Positions 30,134 to 40,987 of a DNA stretch of 64,000 bases are shown here, one piece after another. The DNA is taken from the NCBI GenBank assembly GCA_034530875.2, contig JAVRCJ020000007.1, positions 128,001-192,000 of the forward strand. Reading direction: 5' to 3'. Positions within the stretch are counted from its first letter, which is position 1, and every line of letters begins with the position of its first letter. The DNA comes from Nostoc sp. DedSLP01. Lineage in GTDB: Bacteria; Cyanobacteriota; Cyanobacteriia; Cyanobacteriales; Nostocaceae. A program made the position numbers and the translations under genes. The notes beneath the pieces are model-generated. The model ran no database searches, was not told the DNA's origin, and saw nothing but the letters and a program-made list of their open reading frames with translations.

Positions 30134-31567
30134 CTAATTTTCTTGAAAAGCTAAAAATTGCTCGTCATTTATCCTTCCTGCTTGATATAGAGTATTGGTA
30201 ATTTCTGAAATAGTTAAAACTGCATGACCGCGATAACCATTTTGCTGTAACCTATCTTTTACACCTTGTTCGTGGTCGATAAATACTACAATGTCATTAA
30301 CATTTAATCCTGCTGATTCTAACTTTTCTGCTCCTTCCATCACACTTTTACCGCTGATGAGAATATCATCAACTACGACAACTGTTTCGCCAGGATGAAA
30401 ATTACCCTCAATTACTTTCCGAGTTCCGTGGGCTTTTAATTCTTTGCGAGGAAAAATCATCGGACAATTAAGCCGTAAAGCCAAACCAGTTGCAGTTGGC
30501 AAAGAACCATAAGGAATACCTGCTAATCTATCAAAATTAAGGTTCTTTAAAATCTCCTCATAAGCAGTGAGAACTTGGTTGAAAACTTGAGGATTAGAAA
30601 TAATTTTGCGTAAATCAATGTAATAAGGAAATACGGCTCCTGATGCTTGGACAAAATTGCCAAACATAATACAGCCTATATCATATAGTTGTAAAATCAA
30701 ATCCTGCTGGGGATGCTGATTTAACAAACAAACATCAGGAAACCATACAGAACAAGTAGAATTTTCGTCAATAATTTCAGTTTTGATTTGATTAATTTCG
30801 GCGCGTAAAGATTGAATTTCCTGAGATAATTGTGGATTTCCCAGCATATCTTGAGGAACAGGAATTAACAAACCATCACCGTTAGTATTTAAGCCAGTTT
30901 CTAAAATTTGCCTCAGGTTTGTTCCCTCTGCCCAAATACTACGCACCATAATAGTTCTCTCAGGGGCCACTCCTCGAATCAGCGCTAAAACTTCAGAATT
31001 TGTAGTTCCTACTTCTAAACCCAATTGTTCTGGAATTCCCCAGTTTTTTGATTCTTTTACTATTTGCAAATAAAGTGGTGATTCCTTTGTGGGATACTGT
31101 TGTAAAGTTTCTGCTCCTGGATTAGAAGTACAGCATAAAATAAACACTGCTTTATCAGGATAAGCCAAAAAAGGTACTACATGATCTTGTCCTGTATACG
31201 GGCTAAGAGTGATTGCATCGATTTCCCATTCTGTAAACACAGTACGAGCAAAGATATTACTTGTATTTAAGTCACTGTGTTTAGCATCTAAAATAATGGG
31301 AATGTGGGATGGAATAGCTGCTAAAGTTTTGTGCAGTAATTCTAAACCAGGAATACCTAGCGCTTCATAAAAGCCGAGTGTTGGTTTATAAGCACAAACA
31401 AAATTGGACGTTTCGGAAATAATGAATTGCATCCATTCCCATAAACCAGCAATAATATCTTCCGATTGATAACGGCTAGGCATCATTTCTGGATTAGGAT
31501 CGAGTCCTACAAATAAGAAGCTTTCATTTTGCAAAATCATCCGATTTAATTTATCAGAAAAATTCAT
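30134..31567 (-). CDS. Bifunctional OMP decarboxylase / orotate phosphoribosyltransferase (PyrF-PyrE)
   Basis: N-terminal VGLDP, YKP..FY and DAK..D motifs; C-terminal YYIDLR, RKE.K.HG and VVVVDDILISG PRT motifs. Confidence 0.9.
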   Translation of the reverse strand: MNFSDKLNRMILQNESFLFVGLDPNPEMMPSRYQSEDIIAGLWEWMQFIISETSNFVCAYKPTLGFYEALGIPGLELLHKTLAAIPSHIPIILDAKHSDLNTSNIFARTVFTEWEIDAITLSPYTGQDHVVPFLAYPDKAVFILCCTSNPGAETLQQYPTKESPLYLQIVKESKNWGIPEQLGLEVGTTNSEVLALIRGVAPERTIMVRSIWAEGTNLRQILETGLNTNGDGLLIPVPQDMLGNPQLSQEIQSLRAEINQIKTEIIDENSTCSVWFPDVCLLNQHPQQDLILQLYDIGCIMFGNFVQASGAVFPYYIDLRKIISNPQVFNQVLTAYEEILKNLNFDRLAGIPYGSLPTATGLALRLNCPMIFPRKELKAHGTRKVIEGNFHPGETVVVVDDILISGKSVMEGAEKLESAGLNVNDIVVFIDHEQGVKDRLQQNGYRGHAVLTISEITNTLYQAGRINDEQFLAFQEN

Positions 31568-31689
31568 ATCTTTGGGTTTTATAAAAGAATAAATATCTAA
31601 ATCAGCAAAATATTTTTTTAGGCATAAGATTTATATATTTAGAAATTCGTAATTTTATTCTAAAATTTGAATTCCCAACTGAGAAATAT

Positions 31690-32412
31690 CTAAATTCCTG
31701 CAAACCATTCGTAACCCTGATCCTCCCAGTAACCTTTAAAAGGCGATAAATAACTAGTGAAGGTAATTTGAGTTACCCACTTACTTTGCTTATAACCGAG
31801 TTTAATTGGTGAAGCCAAACGCAATGGCGCACCATTTTCTACTGGCAAAGGATTGCCATTTTTTTGATAGGCTAACAAAGTTTGAGGATGTAAAACTGAA
31901 GCTATATCCCAACTTTCATAGTAGCCATCGGCTGATTTAAAGTAAGCATATTGGATATTCGGCTTAGGTTGAGCAAGGGCAATAATTTCTTGCAAACGTA
32001 CACCACCCCATTGAACGATCGCAGCCCAACCTTCCACACAAACATGACGGATAATCATAGAAGCCAGCGGCAAAGCTTGAATATCTGCCATACTGAGGCT
32101 CAGAGGATTATTGACCTCACCATCAACAATTAAACGATATTTTTCTAAATCAATAATTGGATTATACCTGAAGCTATTAACTATTAATGCTTCTGGTTCG
32201 ATTTCGCTGAGAGAAAATTCTGGTATCAGCTTTTGTGGTTGAAAGATTAATTTTTCAACCTTTTGATTTAGTGGTTCAGAAAGTTTCCCAACGACATCTT
32301 CAAATAGCGGCGTTCCACAGCCACCAAGAAAAAAACTTATACCAGAAACTCCAGATATTTGTAAAAATTTGCGGCGTGTTAATTGTGGATGCTTGGCACG
32401 AAATAAGTTCAT
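31690..32412 (-). CDS. Molybdopterin-dependent oxidoreductase (sulfite oxidase/MsrP-like), Tat-exported
   Basis: TRRKFL Tat motif; HVCVEGW, GAPLRL and GYK..KWV motifs. Confidence 0.85.
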   Translation of the reverse strand: MNLFRAKHPQLTRRKFLQISGVSGISFFLGGCGTPLFEDVVGKLSEPLNQKVEKLIFQPQKLIPEFSLSEIEPEALIVNSFRYNPIIDLEKYRLIVDGEVNNPLSLSMADIQALPLASMIIRHVCVEGWAAIVQWGGVRLQEIIALAQPKPNIQYAYFKSADGYYESWDIASVLHPQTLLAYQKNGNPLPVENGAPLRLASPIKLGYKQSKWVTQITFTSYLSPFKGYWEDQGYEWFAGI

Positions 32413-32851
32413 AGTTCAAAAGTTAATATTTAGCAATTAGCGAAACCTGGCTTTTGTCATTTGTGCAAGTGTTTACAACCGGAAATAGTGCAATATTTTA
32501 GCGGATCGACTTAGTACTGAATTTTAGCCTGATTTGGTACTAGTTTTTTACAAAGTTCTAATAACAAGCACTGGGGGGAAAATCGCTGTAATTTGCCCTG
32601 TGTTTCGCTAAAACCAAGGCTCAAGTATTCAATATGACTTTTCCATCATCTTTGACACTGATAACAGTTGAATATTTTTGACAAATAAGCTAGATACATT
32701 TTCTCAAATTTTGGTACTATAGCTTGCTTAGACTCAACTAGGTAATTTTCAGATGTTACAGAGAATCATAGTTGAGGAAAGCGATCGCAAAAATTTACTT
32801 TGACAACTCTCAGTACTATTCACTTCTTCTTGCTTGCGAAAAAAACAGGGA

Positions 32852-33004
32852 AATTATCGAAACTATTCGGTCTAAAACCGAACTTCGTTCAAAGTTTTTG
32901 GAACGGAGTATATATAAATCCTCGTTAAAAAAACGGTCTCCTGCCGACGCTCGCAGACTCGCTAACGCTGCGCTATCCTGCCCCCTGCCTCCTGCCTTCG
33001 TTAA
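32852..33004 (-). repeat. Dispersed repeat homologous to 6130-6240, with an extra internal insert
   Basis: Shared blocks with 6130-6240 plus an insert GACGCTCGCAGACTCGCTAACGCTGCGCTATC (about 32946-32977). Confidence 0.6.
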
Positions 33005-33011
33005 TAAAACC

Positions 33012-36000
33012 TCACCATTGAGGATTTGCCATAATTAATGCTGACGCATCTGAACTATTTAATGGAGGCGAGAAAAAATATCCTTGAGCATATTCACAGT
33101 TCAATTTTCTAATAAAAGCTAGTTGCTCTTGTGTCTCTATTCCTTCAGCAGTAACCTGTATCCCTAATTTGTGTGCTAGGCTAACAATTATCTCAATAAT
33201 TTCTAAATTTTTATTATTAGAATTCATCTGACTGATGAAACATTTATCAATCTTCAATACACTAATTGGAAAGCTAGAAATCCGGGCTAATGAAGAGTGA
33301 CCCGTACCAAAGTCATCAATTGATATTTTAACGCCTAAATCTTGAATTTGTGAGAGAGTAGCGGTTGTGCGATCGCCGTTTTCCATAATTAAGCTTTCAG
33401 TAATTTCTAGAATTAGAATGCTGCGATCGATACCACTTGAGTCTAAAATCTGCTCAATCTGCTTAATTAAATTCGGCTGAGAAAACTGCTTAATAGAGAG
33501 ATTAACATGGATTTTTTCTAGCACACTGGGACACTCATTGAGCCGCCAAGCTTGCATTTGGTGGCACGCCTCATGCATTGTCCAGTAGCCAATCTCGATA
33601 ATTAGTCCAGTTTCTTCTGCTAAAGAAATAAAATCTCCTGGACTAACCAAACCACGTTCTGGATGTTGCCAGCGCAGCAAAGCCTCAAAACCAACAATAG
33701 AACCACTAGCGAGGGAAATAATCGGTTGATAATAAACTCGAAATTCTCGACGTTCGATTGCACGGCGTAAATCGTTTTCTAAATGCAATCTGGCTATAGC
33801 TGACGCATACATATCTGAATTGAATAACTCGTAGCGCGCTCTGCCTGATGCCTTAGCTCGGTACATTGCTGTATCCGCATCTCGAAGCAGCTCTTCTGGT
33901 TGGTTATAGTCTACTGTTGAACTTAAAGCGATACCAATACTGGCGGTGGCGAAAACTTCTTGTCCGTCAAGCTCAATTGGTAACACCAATTCTTGTTGAA
34001 TCCGTTCAGCTAATTTGATAGCATCTGAGGCATCTTGAATTGGTTCAACTAAAATAGTAAATTCATCTCCTCCAAGCCTTGCTCCTAAATCCGAAGGTCG
34101 CAGACATACTTTTAGTCTACTAGCGATCGCCAGCAAGAATCGATCTCCAATTATGTGCCCAAGACTGTCATTAATTACCTTAAACCGATCTAAATCGATA
34201 AACAGTACAGCAAATAAATAATTCTCTTGTAGCTTAGTTTGCTGGAGTGCATATTTTAAGCGTTCTATAAACAAAGCTCGGTTTGGTAAATCTGTTAGCG
34301 CATCATAAAAAGCATTATGCAGCAATTGTTCTTCTACTCGTTTGCGCTCCGTAATATCATGGGTATGCCCGAGAATCTGATAAATTTGTCCATGTTCGTT
34401 TAACAGTGGAACGTAAGTAACAATTATGGTAAAAATCCCGCTAGGCAAATTAATCTGACACTCTCCAGTTTGTAAGGTGCGTGTCTCTACAGTTTTTTTC
34501 AGCAGTGGTAAATAACTATTTGTAACTTCAAATGGAAATAGTTCTTCATCTGTATGACCAATAAGTTCTTCCTCAGAATAACCACTGCGGTTAATGCCAA
34601 AAGCATTGATAAATTGCAACCGTCGCTCGGCATCATAAATTACAAATGGATGAGGGATATTATCAATTGCCAATCGAAATCGCTGTTCGCTCAGATGCAA
34701 AGCTTCTTCTACTTGTTTGCGCTCGGCAATCTCAGCTTCTAGTTGTCTGTTAGTCTCTAAAAGTTGAGCAAATGATTCTTGTAATTGAGTAGCCATTTGG
34801 TTATGAGCCTGAGCGAGAACTCTTAGTTCTTCAATACCCTCTACTGCAACAGTTTCGTCTAATTTTCCCTTAGCAATTTCCTGAGAGGCTAAAATTAAGC
34901 GGATAATTGGTTGGCTAATCCAATGAGAAGTAATCACTCCCGTTATTGTAGTCAGTATCAATGTTCCTAAGCACAGCAAAATAGTGATTCTTGTATTGGC
35001 TTCGATATGTTCCATAAAGTCGGCTTCTGGAACCACTACGACAATTACCCAATCGAGTCCGTAGTCATCTTCAAAGGGCATTAGATAGATGAATTGCCGC
35101 TTACCGTCAATTTCAAAGTCTAGCTGCTGGGTAGAATGGATGTTTTTAAAGTTAACAAAGCGTGTATTCAAATACTGTGCTGTTAAACGAGTGACACGAT
35201 CTCTACTCGCCAAAGATGTCACCCGTTTATGCTTTTTTTTTCCTGAGGAATTATTAGGTATAAAAAGTTGTTCGTTTGTAGAACTAGCTACTAAATTTCC
35301 AGAGCGCTCGATAATAAATGTCTTTCCCGAACGTCCAATTTTTAAACTTTGTAAAAATTTACTAATTTGAGATAGAGATAACGTTGTATTTGTGACACCT
35401 AATAAAGTATTATTTTGCCCGTAAATAGGCCGGGTAGCGCTGATTGCTAGCCCTGATGAAGAAAAATAAGGATAAATTTCAGTCCAAGTATTTTTACCTG
35501 CTTTTACTGCTTTTGTATACCAAGGACGAGTACGAGGATCGAAACTGGTGCTAACTCGAATTAAATTAGTAGGATTACCTTGGCTATCGGTGTTATAAGT
35601 ATAGTATTTACCACTTGTTGATGCATTTTTCATACGGATTACTAGCGAACCATCATGCAAGCGATCTACCGCATAAATATCTCCTTGCTCGCTTCCAAAA
35701 GCGATGGGGCTAAAAGACTTGAATAATTGCATTTGATACCAGAAATGGCGTTGTAGACTTTTGGATTGTTTCAAATTCAACTCGCCAAAACGAATGGCAT
35801 TCGTATTTATTTGAGTGACGAGTTGGGGTTTCTCCATGTAATCTGTGATATATGAATGAATCCGATTTGCTATTTCATTCCTTAAATGAATAGCAACCTC
35901 ATCAACAGCTTTCTGCCCATTTTTTAACGACAAGAATGCTGTTAGTCCCACAGATGCAAAAATTTGCAGTACAAAAGGTACTACTAAAACTACACGGAGT

Positions 36001-36053
36001 GGCATTCTCGTAAACCCAATAAAGATTGGAGAACATAAATTTCGCCGTGTCAT
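33012..36053 (-). CDS. Cache-HAMP-PAS-GGDEF-EAL diguanylate cyclase/phosphodiesterase
   Basis: Two TMs flanking dCache (FDPRTRPWY), HAMP, PAS, RPSD I-site plus GGDEF, FEAL and DDFGTG. Confidence 0.92.
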   Translation of the reverse strand: MTRRNLCSPIFIGFTRMPLRVVLVVPFVLQIFASVGLTAFLSLKNGQKAVDEVAIHLRNEIANRIHSYITDYMEKPQLVTQINTNAIRFGELNLKQSKSLQRHFWYQMQLFKSFSPIAFGSEQGDIYAVDRLHDGSLVIRMKNASTSGKYYTYNTDSQGNPTNLIRVSTSFDPRTRPWYTKAVKAGKNTWTEIYPYFSSSGLAISATRPIYGQNNTLLGVTNTTLSLSQISKFLQSLKIGRSGKTFIIERSGNLVASSTNEQLFIPNNSSGKKKHKRVTSLASRDRVTRLTAQYLNTRFVNFKNIHSTQQLDFEIDGKRQFIYLMPFEDDYGLDWVIVVVVPEADFMEHIEANTRITILLCLGTLILTTITGVITSHWISQPIIRLILASQEIAKGKLDETVAVEGIEELRVLAQAHNQMATQLQESFAQLLETNRQLEAEIAERKQVEEALHLSEQRFRLAIDNIPHPFVIYDAERRLQFINAFGINRSGYSEEELIGHTDEELFPFEVTNSYLPLLKKTVETRTLQTGECQINLPSGIFTIIVTYVPLLNEHGQIYQILGHTHDITERKRVEEQLLHNAFYDALTDLPNRALFIERLKYALQQTKLQENYLFAVLFIDLDRFKVINDSLGHIIGDRFLLAIASRLKVCLRPSDLGARLGGDEFTILVEPIQDASDAIKLAERIQQELVLPIELDGQEVFATASIGIALSSTVDYNQPEELLRDADTAMYRAKASGRARYELFNSDMYASAIARLHLENDLRRAIERREFRVYYQPIISLASGSIVGFEALLRWQHPERGLVSPGDFISLAEETGLIIEIGYWTMHEACHQMQAWRLNECPSVLEKIHVNLSIKQFSQPNLIKQIEQILDSSGIDRSILILEITESLIMENGDRTTATLSQIQDLGVKISIDDFGTGHSSLARISSFPISVLKIDKCFISQMNSNNKNLEIIEIIVSLAHKLGIQVTAEGIETQEQLAFIRKLNCEYAQGYFFSPPLNSSDASALIMANPQW

Positions 36054-36741
36054 CTACGGGCAAATCCAAAAATTATGTTACAGAAGAATTTTTGAGCAAA
36101 TTTGCTATTTTACATAGCTATTTCTCCATTCTATTTAAACTTATTTACAGAGGCGGTAATTAGTAGATCCTGCTCCAGTGCGTTACAAAAGTTACAAATA
36201 ATTTAAAACTAAACGGTATAGTTTAGCTATGCGACAAATAAAAGTTGCGAATTTTGTTGAAAAGTCCGAAATTGACTTATATTCGTCACAATTTGATACC
36301 CAGAAGTAACAAACATCAAGATAACGAATAGCAACTATAGGAATCTGATTTAATTCGAGAATCACTCGTTTAAAGGCTATCTATAAAGTAAAAATAAAAT
36401 TTTTGTAGGGTATCTTAGGTGCGTATTTCGAGATTAATTGTCACGATAAATATGAAATGAGTACCTAACGCACCAGCTTGTATATCGGTGCGTTACGACT
36501 TGAGCCTAACTATAAGCTCATGGTTGTAACAATTCTTTAATATAATCTTTTGCCAACTGGTTGTAGGGAAACCTGGTCATTAGCTGATTTTTGAGCTTAG
36601 GAGTATTTTACAAGTAGCGCTTTTGGGCGAATCAAGAGATTTTGCCTACAGTCTACCTGAAGAACATGACCAGGTGCGATCGCTCCAATAGAATTTCAAA
36701 TTCAGCTAAATAATCTTTCTTATCTAGTGATTTTGATAAAT

Positions 36742-37620
36742 TTACCAGTTTCGCCACCCGCCTTTGGGTGCGACTTCATCAGTAGTAGACTTGAGTCCGT
36801 GACCTTGAATTAAAGATTGATATTCTGTACTGCTTGCCCAGCGGTCAATTTCTCGCGCGCGTAGTACTGGTACTGGATGAGTTAATTGGGCTGTACGGGC
36901 AGCTTTGACCATTTCACCGAGTTCGGTCTTGCTAATATCATCGTAAGCGCGGGCTTGAGCAACGAAGGCATCGAGGTTGAGTTGTGGCGCTAAGGTAGGA
37001 GAACCACCAGCTAGTTTCATCAAGACGGACATCACAACTTTAGGGTCTTGGGTTGCTAGCAATGCGGCGCGATCGCAGGTAAACTCAGCACAGCGTACCC
37101 ATTCCAAAAGTTGTGCTTGTATTGCTTGGGCAATGAAGCCTCCGACATTCGGCACAATTGCCGCAGCTAATATTAATAAATTTACTGGCGTCAAATAAAC
37201 GCTATGGTCGCATTTGAGATGTCCCAACTCGTGGGCAATTACTGCTTGGATTTCTTCTGGCGTGAGGATATCAATTAAGGATGTGTGTACAACAATAAAA
37301 GGTTGCTTACCCCGCACAGCAAACGTATAAGCATTGGGAGCAGGATGCTGCCGGACATACAACTGAGGCGGCTCTATATCCAGGATTTTACAAGCTTCTA
37401 ATAACAGCTGGTGTAAATCGGGCAGTTGTTTTTCACCCACCAGAACACTTGAGGCAATATTTTCCACATAAAAAACCTGCTCTGCCATTGGCCCGAGCCA
37501 ATTTCGCACCAACATATCTATGCCTGGTATCTGCCTAAGCGCATTAGTAGCTTCCAGGTCTAACGGATGACGAAATGAATCAGCTTTTAAACCAATCAGG
37601 GGGCTTTTAAACAAGGACAT
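36742..37620 (-). CDS. M48 family zinc metallopeptidase
   Basis: PNAY, AHELGH, E..CDR and THP motifs; start taken at ATG 37620. Confidence 0.88.
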   Translation of the reverse strand: MSLFKSPLIGLKADSFRHPLDLEATNALRQIPGIDMLVRNWLGPMAEQVFYVENIASSVLVGEKQLPDLHQLLLEACKILDIEPPQLYVRQHPAPNAYTFAVRGKQPFIVVHTSLIDILTPEEIQAVIAHELGHLKCDHSVYLTPVNLLILAAAIVPNVGGFIAQAIQAQLLEWVRCAEFTCDRAALLATQDPKVVMSVLMKLAGGSPTLAPQLNLDAFVAQARAYDDISKTELGEMVKAARTAQLTHPVPVLRAREIDRWASSTEYQSLIQGHGLKSTTDEVAPKGGWRNW

Positions 37621-37992
37621 AGTGCAGCAAGCTATAAAAAATACAACTATGGAAGCTGGCTGGTTCAAGAAACAGCCTTCCACAGATAGTATAGCGATTT
37701 AAGTAGAGTAGGCATTACTCGCTAAAGATATGCAGCTCTTGTCGGAGGAGATGAGGGAGATGAGAGTCAAAGGGCAGAGAGACAAGGGAGACAAGGGGAA
37801 TAATTCTTAACTCCTAACTCTTGGAAAGACTTGGGTTAATTGCGTCTCTCCTAACTCTCAATATTGGGCGCATTGTTAATTGCTCATTCTTAACTATTAA
37901 CTCCTAACTCAGCACAGGCTAAACGCCCCGCGAACAAAACTCCTCATCTTCCTCATCTTCCTCATGAGAGCATCAATCTCAACCTATAAATT

Positions 37993-39360
37993 TCAACTTG
38001 ACAAGCTACTGACGCTGGGAGTGATTTGTGGATTTGCTGATGCTTCGCCTACGCGTTGAATTTTAGCTCCCAATTGCAGCAATTTGGCATCAAGTCGATC
38101 GTAACCGCGATCGAGGTGCTGTAATCCCTGAATTGTGGTTTTTCCTTCTGCTGCTAGTCCTGCTAACACTAATGCTGCCGATGCTCGCAAGTCTGTGCCT
38201 AATACTGGTGCGCCAGACAGCTTCGGAACACCCCTGACGAAAGCAGCATTGCCTTTGACACGAATATCTGCCCCCAAACGATTTAACTCTGAAGCATGAC
38301 GCAAGCGATTTTCAAAGACAGATTCGTTAATTACGCTGTCGCCTTCAGCCAATGTCAGCAAGGACATAAATGGCGCTTGCATATCTGTGGGAAAACCTGG
38401 ATGGTATTGCGTTTCGATATCTGTTGCTTTCAGAGTTGTTGCTGGGAGGACACGTAAGTGGTCGGGTGCTTCCTCGATGATTGTCACTCCAATATCGCGC
38501 AGCTTGGCAATCACTGGGATGAGATGTTCTGGAGCCACCGGTGAGAGGCTAAGTTCTGAACGGGTAATTGCTGCTGCGACTAAGAACGTGCCTGCTTCAA
38601 TGCGATCGGGGATAATACTGTAGTCAACAGAATGCAACTTGGGGACTCCTTCGATGATAATTCTGCTAGTCCCCGCCCCAGTAATTTTTGCTCCCATCGC
38701 GTTACAGAAGTTAGCCAAATCAACTACTTCTGGTTCTCTGGCAGCGTTTTCAATAATTGTTTCGCCTTCTGCTAAGGTAGCCGCCATCATCAAATTTTCT
38801 GTGGCTCCGACACTGGCGATGTCTAAGTAAATTTTCGCTCCTTTTAATCTCTTGCTGCTACCAGGAACGTAGGCATTACAAATACCATGTTCAATCTGTA
38901 CCTCAGCTCCCATTGCTTGCAGTCCCCGGACATGCAAATCAACTGGTCTTGCTCCAATGGCACAACCACCTGGTAAGGGCATCTGCGCTACTCCCAGTCT
39001 TGCTAAAATCGCACCAATGGCGAAAAAACTCGCTCTCAACTGGGTAACTAGTTCGTAAGGAGCTTTTGATGTTTTAATTTCGCTGGCGTTGATGTCTAAG
39101 ATGTCGCCGTTACGTGTTATACGTAGACCCAAAGCCGATAACACCTGACCCATGCGTTCGACATCTGCCAATAAGGGAACATTGCGGATGCGGCAATCAC
39201 CCGGACACAGCAAGGCTCCAGCCATGATTACTAATGCTGCATTTTTTGCCCCGCTAATTTTCACATGACCCTGCAAAGGATGCCCGCCCCAAATTTGCAA
39301 AACTGAGGAGTCTGCTTTCGGAGCAAATTTAGCATCTGGTAAGCTGGTAGAAGGATTAAT
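37993..39360 (-). CDS. murA: UDP-N-acetylglucosamine 1-carboxyvinyltransferase
   Basis: [24 protein letters not shown] and DLRA motifs; start proposed at ATT 39360 (ORF track uses TTG 39300). Confidence 0.95.
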   Translation of the reverse strand: MNPSTSLPDAKFAPKADSSVLQIWGGHPLQGHVKISGAKNAALVIMAGALLCPGDCRIRNVPLLADVERMGQVLSALGLRITRNGDILDINASEIKTSKAPYELVTQLRASFFAIGAILARLGVAQMPLPGGCAIGARPVDLHVRGLQAMGAEVQIEHGICNAYVPGSSKRLKGAKIYLDIASVGATENLMMAATLAEGETIIENAAREPEVVDLANFCNAMGAKITGAGTSRIIIEGVPKLHSVDYSIIPDRIEAGTFLVAAAITRSELSLSPVAPEHLIPVIAKLRDIGVTIIEEAPDHLRVLPATTLKATDIETQYHPGFPTDMQAPFMSLLTLAEGDSVINESVFENRLRHASELNRLGADIRVKGNAAFVRGVPKLSGAPVLGTDLRASAALVLAGLAAEGKTTIQGLQHLDRGYDRLDAKLLQLGAKIQRVGEASANPQITPSVSSLSS

Positions 39361-39678
39361 AATCTTACCTCCAAAAGTAATACGTATTTTATGTGCCTGA
39401 AGTTGGTTTTGATTCTACATTAAAGATTTAATTTGTCCACATTTTAAGACAACATCTTTGATTGAAAAATGTGTTTTTGAGCCACAAGCAAGGCTCAGAG
39501 CCAGTAGGAGCAAGGTTTTCAACTTTTTGAAAAATTTCACAAAAAAGAATGGTTAAGTACCACTTACAAGTAAAAAATATTACTCAGGAATAAAGCCTAA
39601 GTATTTGTTAAAAATCGATACTCGACTAGAGATTCGTAACATATCAGTGCTAACGCATAACGAAATATAACGGTAATT

Positions 39679-40242
39679 CTATTTCGTATTGGATGCTTCA
39701 GCAGGCGAAAAACTAAACTGCGATTTAATATTCCACCGTCTGCCATCGTGAAGCAATAAAGTTAGTTCGTCAGCTGTAAACTCAAAATACAATTGACGCT
39801 TTTCAAATTCTGGCCAAGCAGCTTTAAAATTTTGCTTTGTTAAATCTCGAAATGCAACTGTCATGTGGGGTTTAAAAGGTCGCGTTTTAGAAACTTCGTC
39901 AACAACTCTCAATTTGCTTTCTAGATAAGTGAGTAAATCAGCTTGCAAAGTCAAAAGTTCTGGAGTTTTCACCACATCAATATATATAACGCGGGGTGGA
40001 AAGGCTGCAAATCCGTTGAGTGTAATCGGTACTGGTTTTTGTTCGCTAGCAAATTCCTTCAAAGATGCTTCTAGCAATGGGAAGTTAGCATCTGCCCATT
40101 CAAATGGCGGTTGCAAGGTAATATGAGGCGGAGACTTTTGTGCGCCGCGGCTGGCGTAATTGTCAGCAAAATACTGCTTGATTTGATTAGCGTAGTCCTG
40201 AATATCTTGTGGCGGTAAAAGTGCAATGAAAAAACGACTCAT
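39679..40242 (-). CDS. 2H phosphoesterase (2'-5' RNA ligase family)
   Basis: Two HxT motifs: PHITL and PHMTV. Confidence 0.85.
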   Translation of the reverse strand: MSRFFIALLPPQDIQDYANQIKQYFADNYASRGAQKSPPHITLQPPFEWADANFPLLEASLKEFASEQKPVPITLNGFAAFPPRVIYIDVVKTPELLTLQADLLTYLESKLRVVDEVSKTRPFKPHMTVAFRDLTKQNFKAAWPEFEKRQLYFEFTADELTLLLHDGRRWNIKSQFSFSPAEASNTK

Positions 40243-40561
40243 TGAATTTTAGATTATGGGAATATTTCTATGATCGTAATTTTTTTGCCTGAAAGTCTGG
40301 TTTAAAAAGGATTTTTGTTTTTACTCTAAATAGAGTGTCAAAGAGCGATATGGTGCTTGGTAGTAAAGCTGTAATGCAAGCAATGGCAGTTATGACTCAG
40401 ATGTTTCCTGACTTGTAAGTGGGGAGTAGGGAGTAGGGGAAAGACCACTTTCATACTTGGTGGTGAAACTTCTTTCATCAGGACTGCCCTGCTTGAGATT
40501 ATCGTTACCACTAGGAATCTAAAATTTAAAATCCAAAATTGTTATACAAGGTCGCAAGCAG

Positions 40562-40828
40562 ATGCCAATATTCGTAAAGATTGAACAAGGGAAAGTCGAT
40601 AAATCTACCTTTGACCGATACGTACCTGCCCATAAAGCCTACGTTGAGGAGTTGATTGCTAAAGGACACAAAGCCAGAACAGGCTATTGGGCAGAAGCGC
40701 GAGGCGGGATGTTACTGTTTGAGGCAGCTTCAAGGGCTGAGGCAGAAGCGATTGTTGCCAGCGATCCCTTGGTGCAACACGGTTGTGTGGACTACCAGCT
40801 TTATGAATGGCGAATTGTTATGGAATAA
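40562..40828 (+). CDS. YciI family protein
   Basis: AH..Y, GGMLLFEA.S..EA and DP motifs; 88 aa. Confidence 0.85.
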   Translation: MPIFVKIEQGKVDKSTFDRYVPAHKAYVEELIAKGHKARTGYWAEARGGMLLFEAASRAEAEAIVASDPLVQHGCVDYQLYEWRIVME

Positions 40829-40863
40829 GACACATTTACTGACTTTTGATGTTATGCTTTTAT

Positions 40864-40961
40864 AAGACCTGGATCTATGCGACTGCAACACCCAAACCTT
40901 GTCAGAACCGGAAGGTAGCAGCAACACGGGAGGCTTGTGGTAGGCGTAGTCTCCGGGTCGC
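40864..40961 (+). ncRNA. ffs: Signal recognition particle RNA (4.5S)
   Basis: Helix-8 signature GTCAGAACCGGAAGGTAGCAGC; ends pair (GACCTGGA...TCCGGGTC); TGnTATGCT extended -10 at 40850-40858. Confidence 0.93.
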
Positions 40962-40987
40962 CCTATTTCTAGGAGCGTTCAGCAGAA

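Noticed and set aside
30134..31567. PyrF-PyrE fusion as a novelty
   Set aside because: Known bifunctional architecture in cyanobacteria
32772..33038. 88-aa ORF
   Set aside because: Runs through a dispersed repeat and overlaps the end of the EAL gene; TTG start and no recognisable motif
36182..36198. GTTACAAA direct repeat as an RpaB/HLR1 site
   Set aside because: Period is 9 bp rather than the 10 bp expected for HLR1
39361..39678. Possible tRNA upstream of murA
   Set aside because: No cloverleaf or T-loop consensus found on either strand
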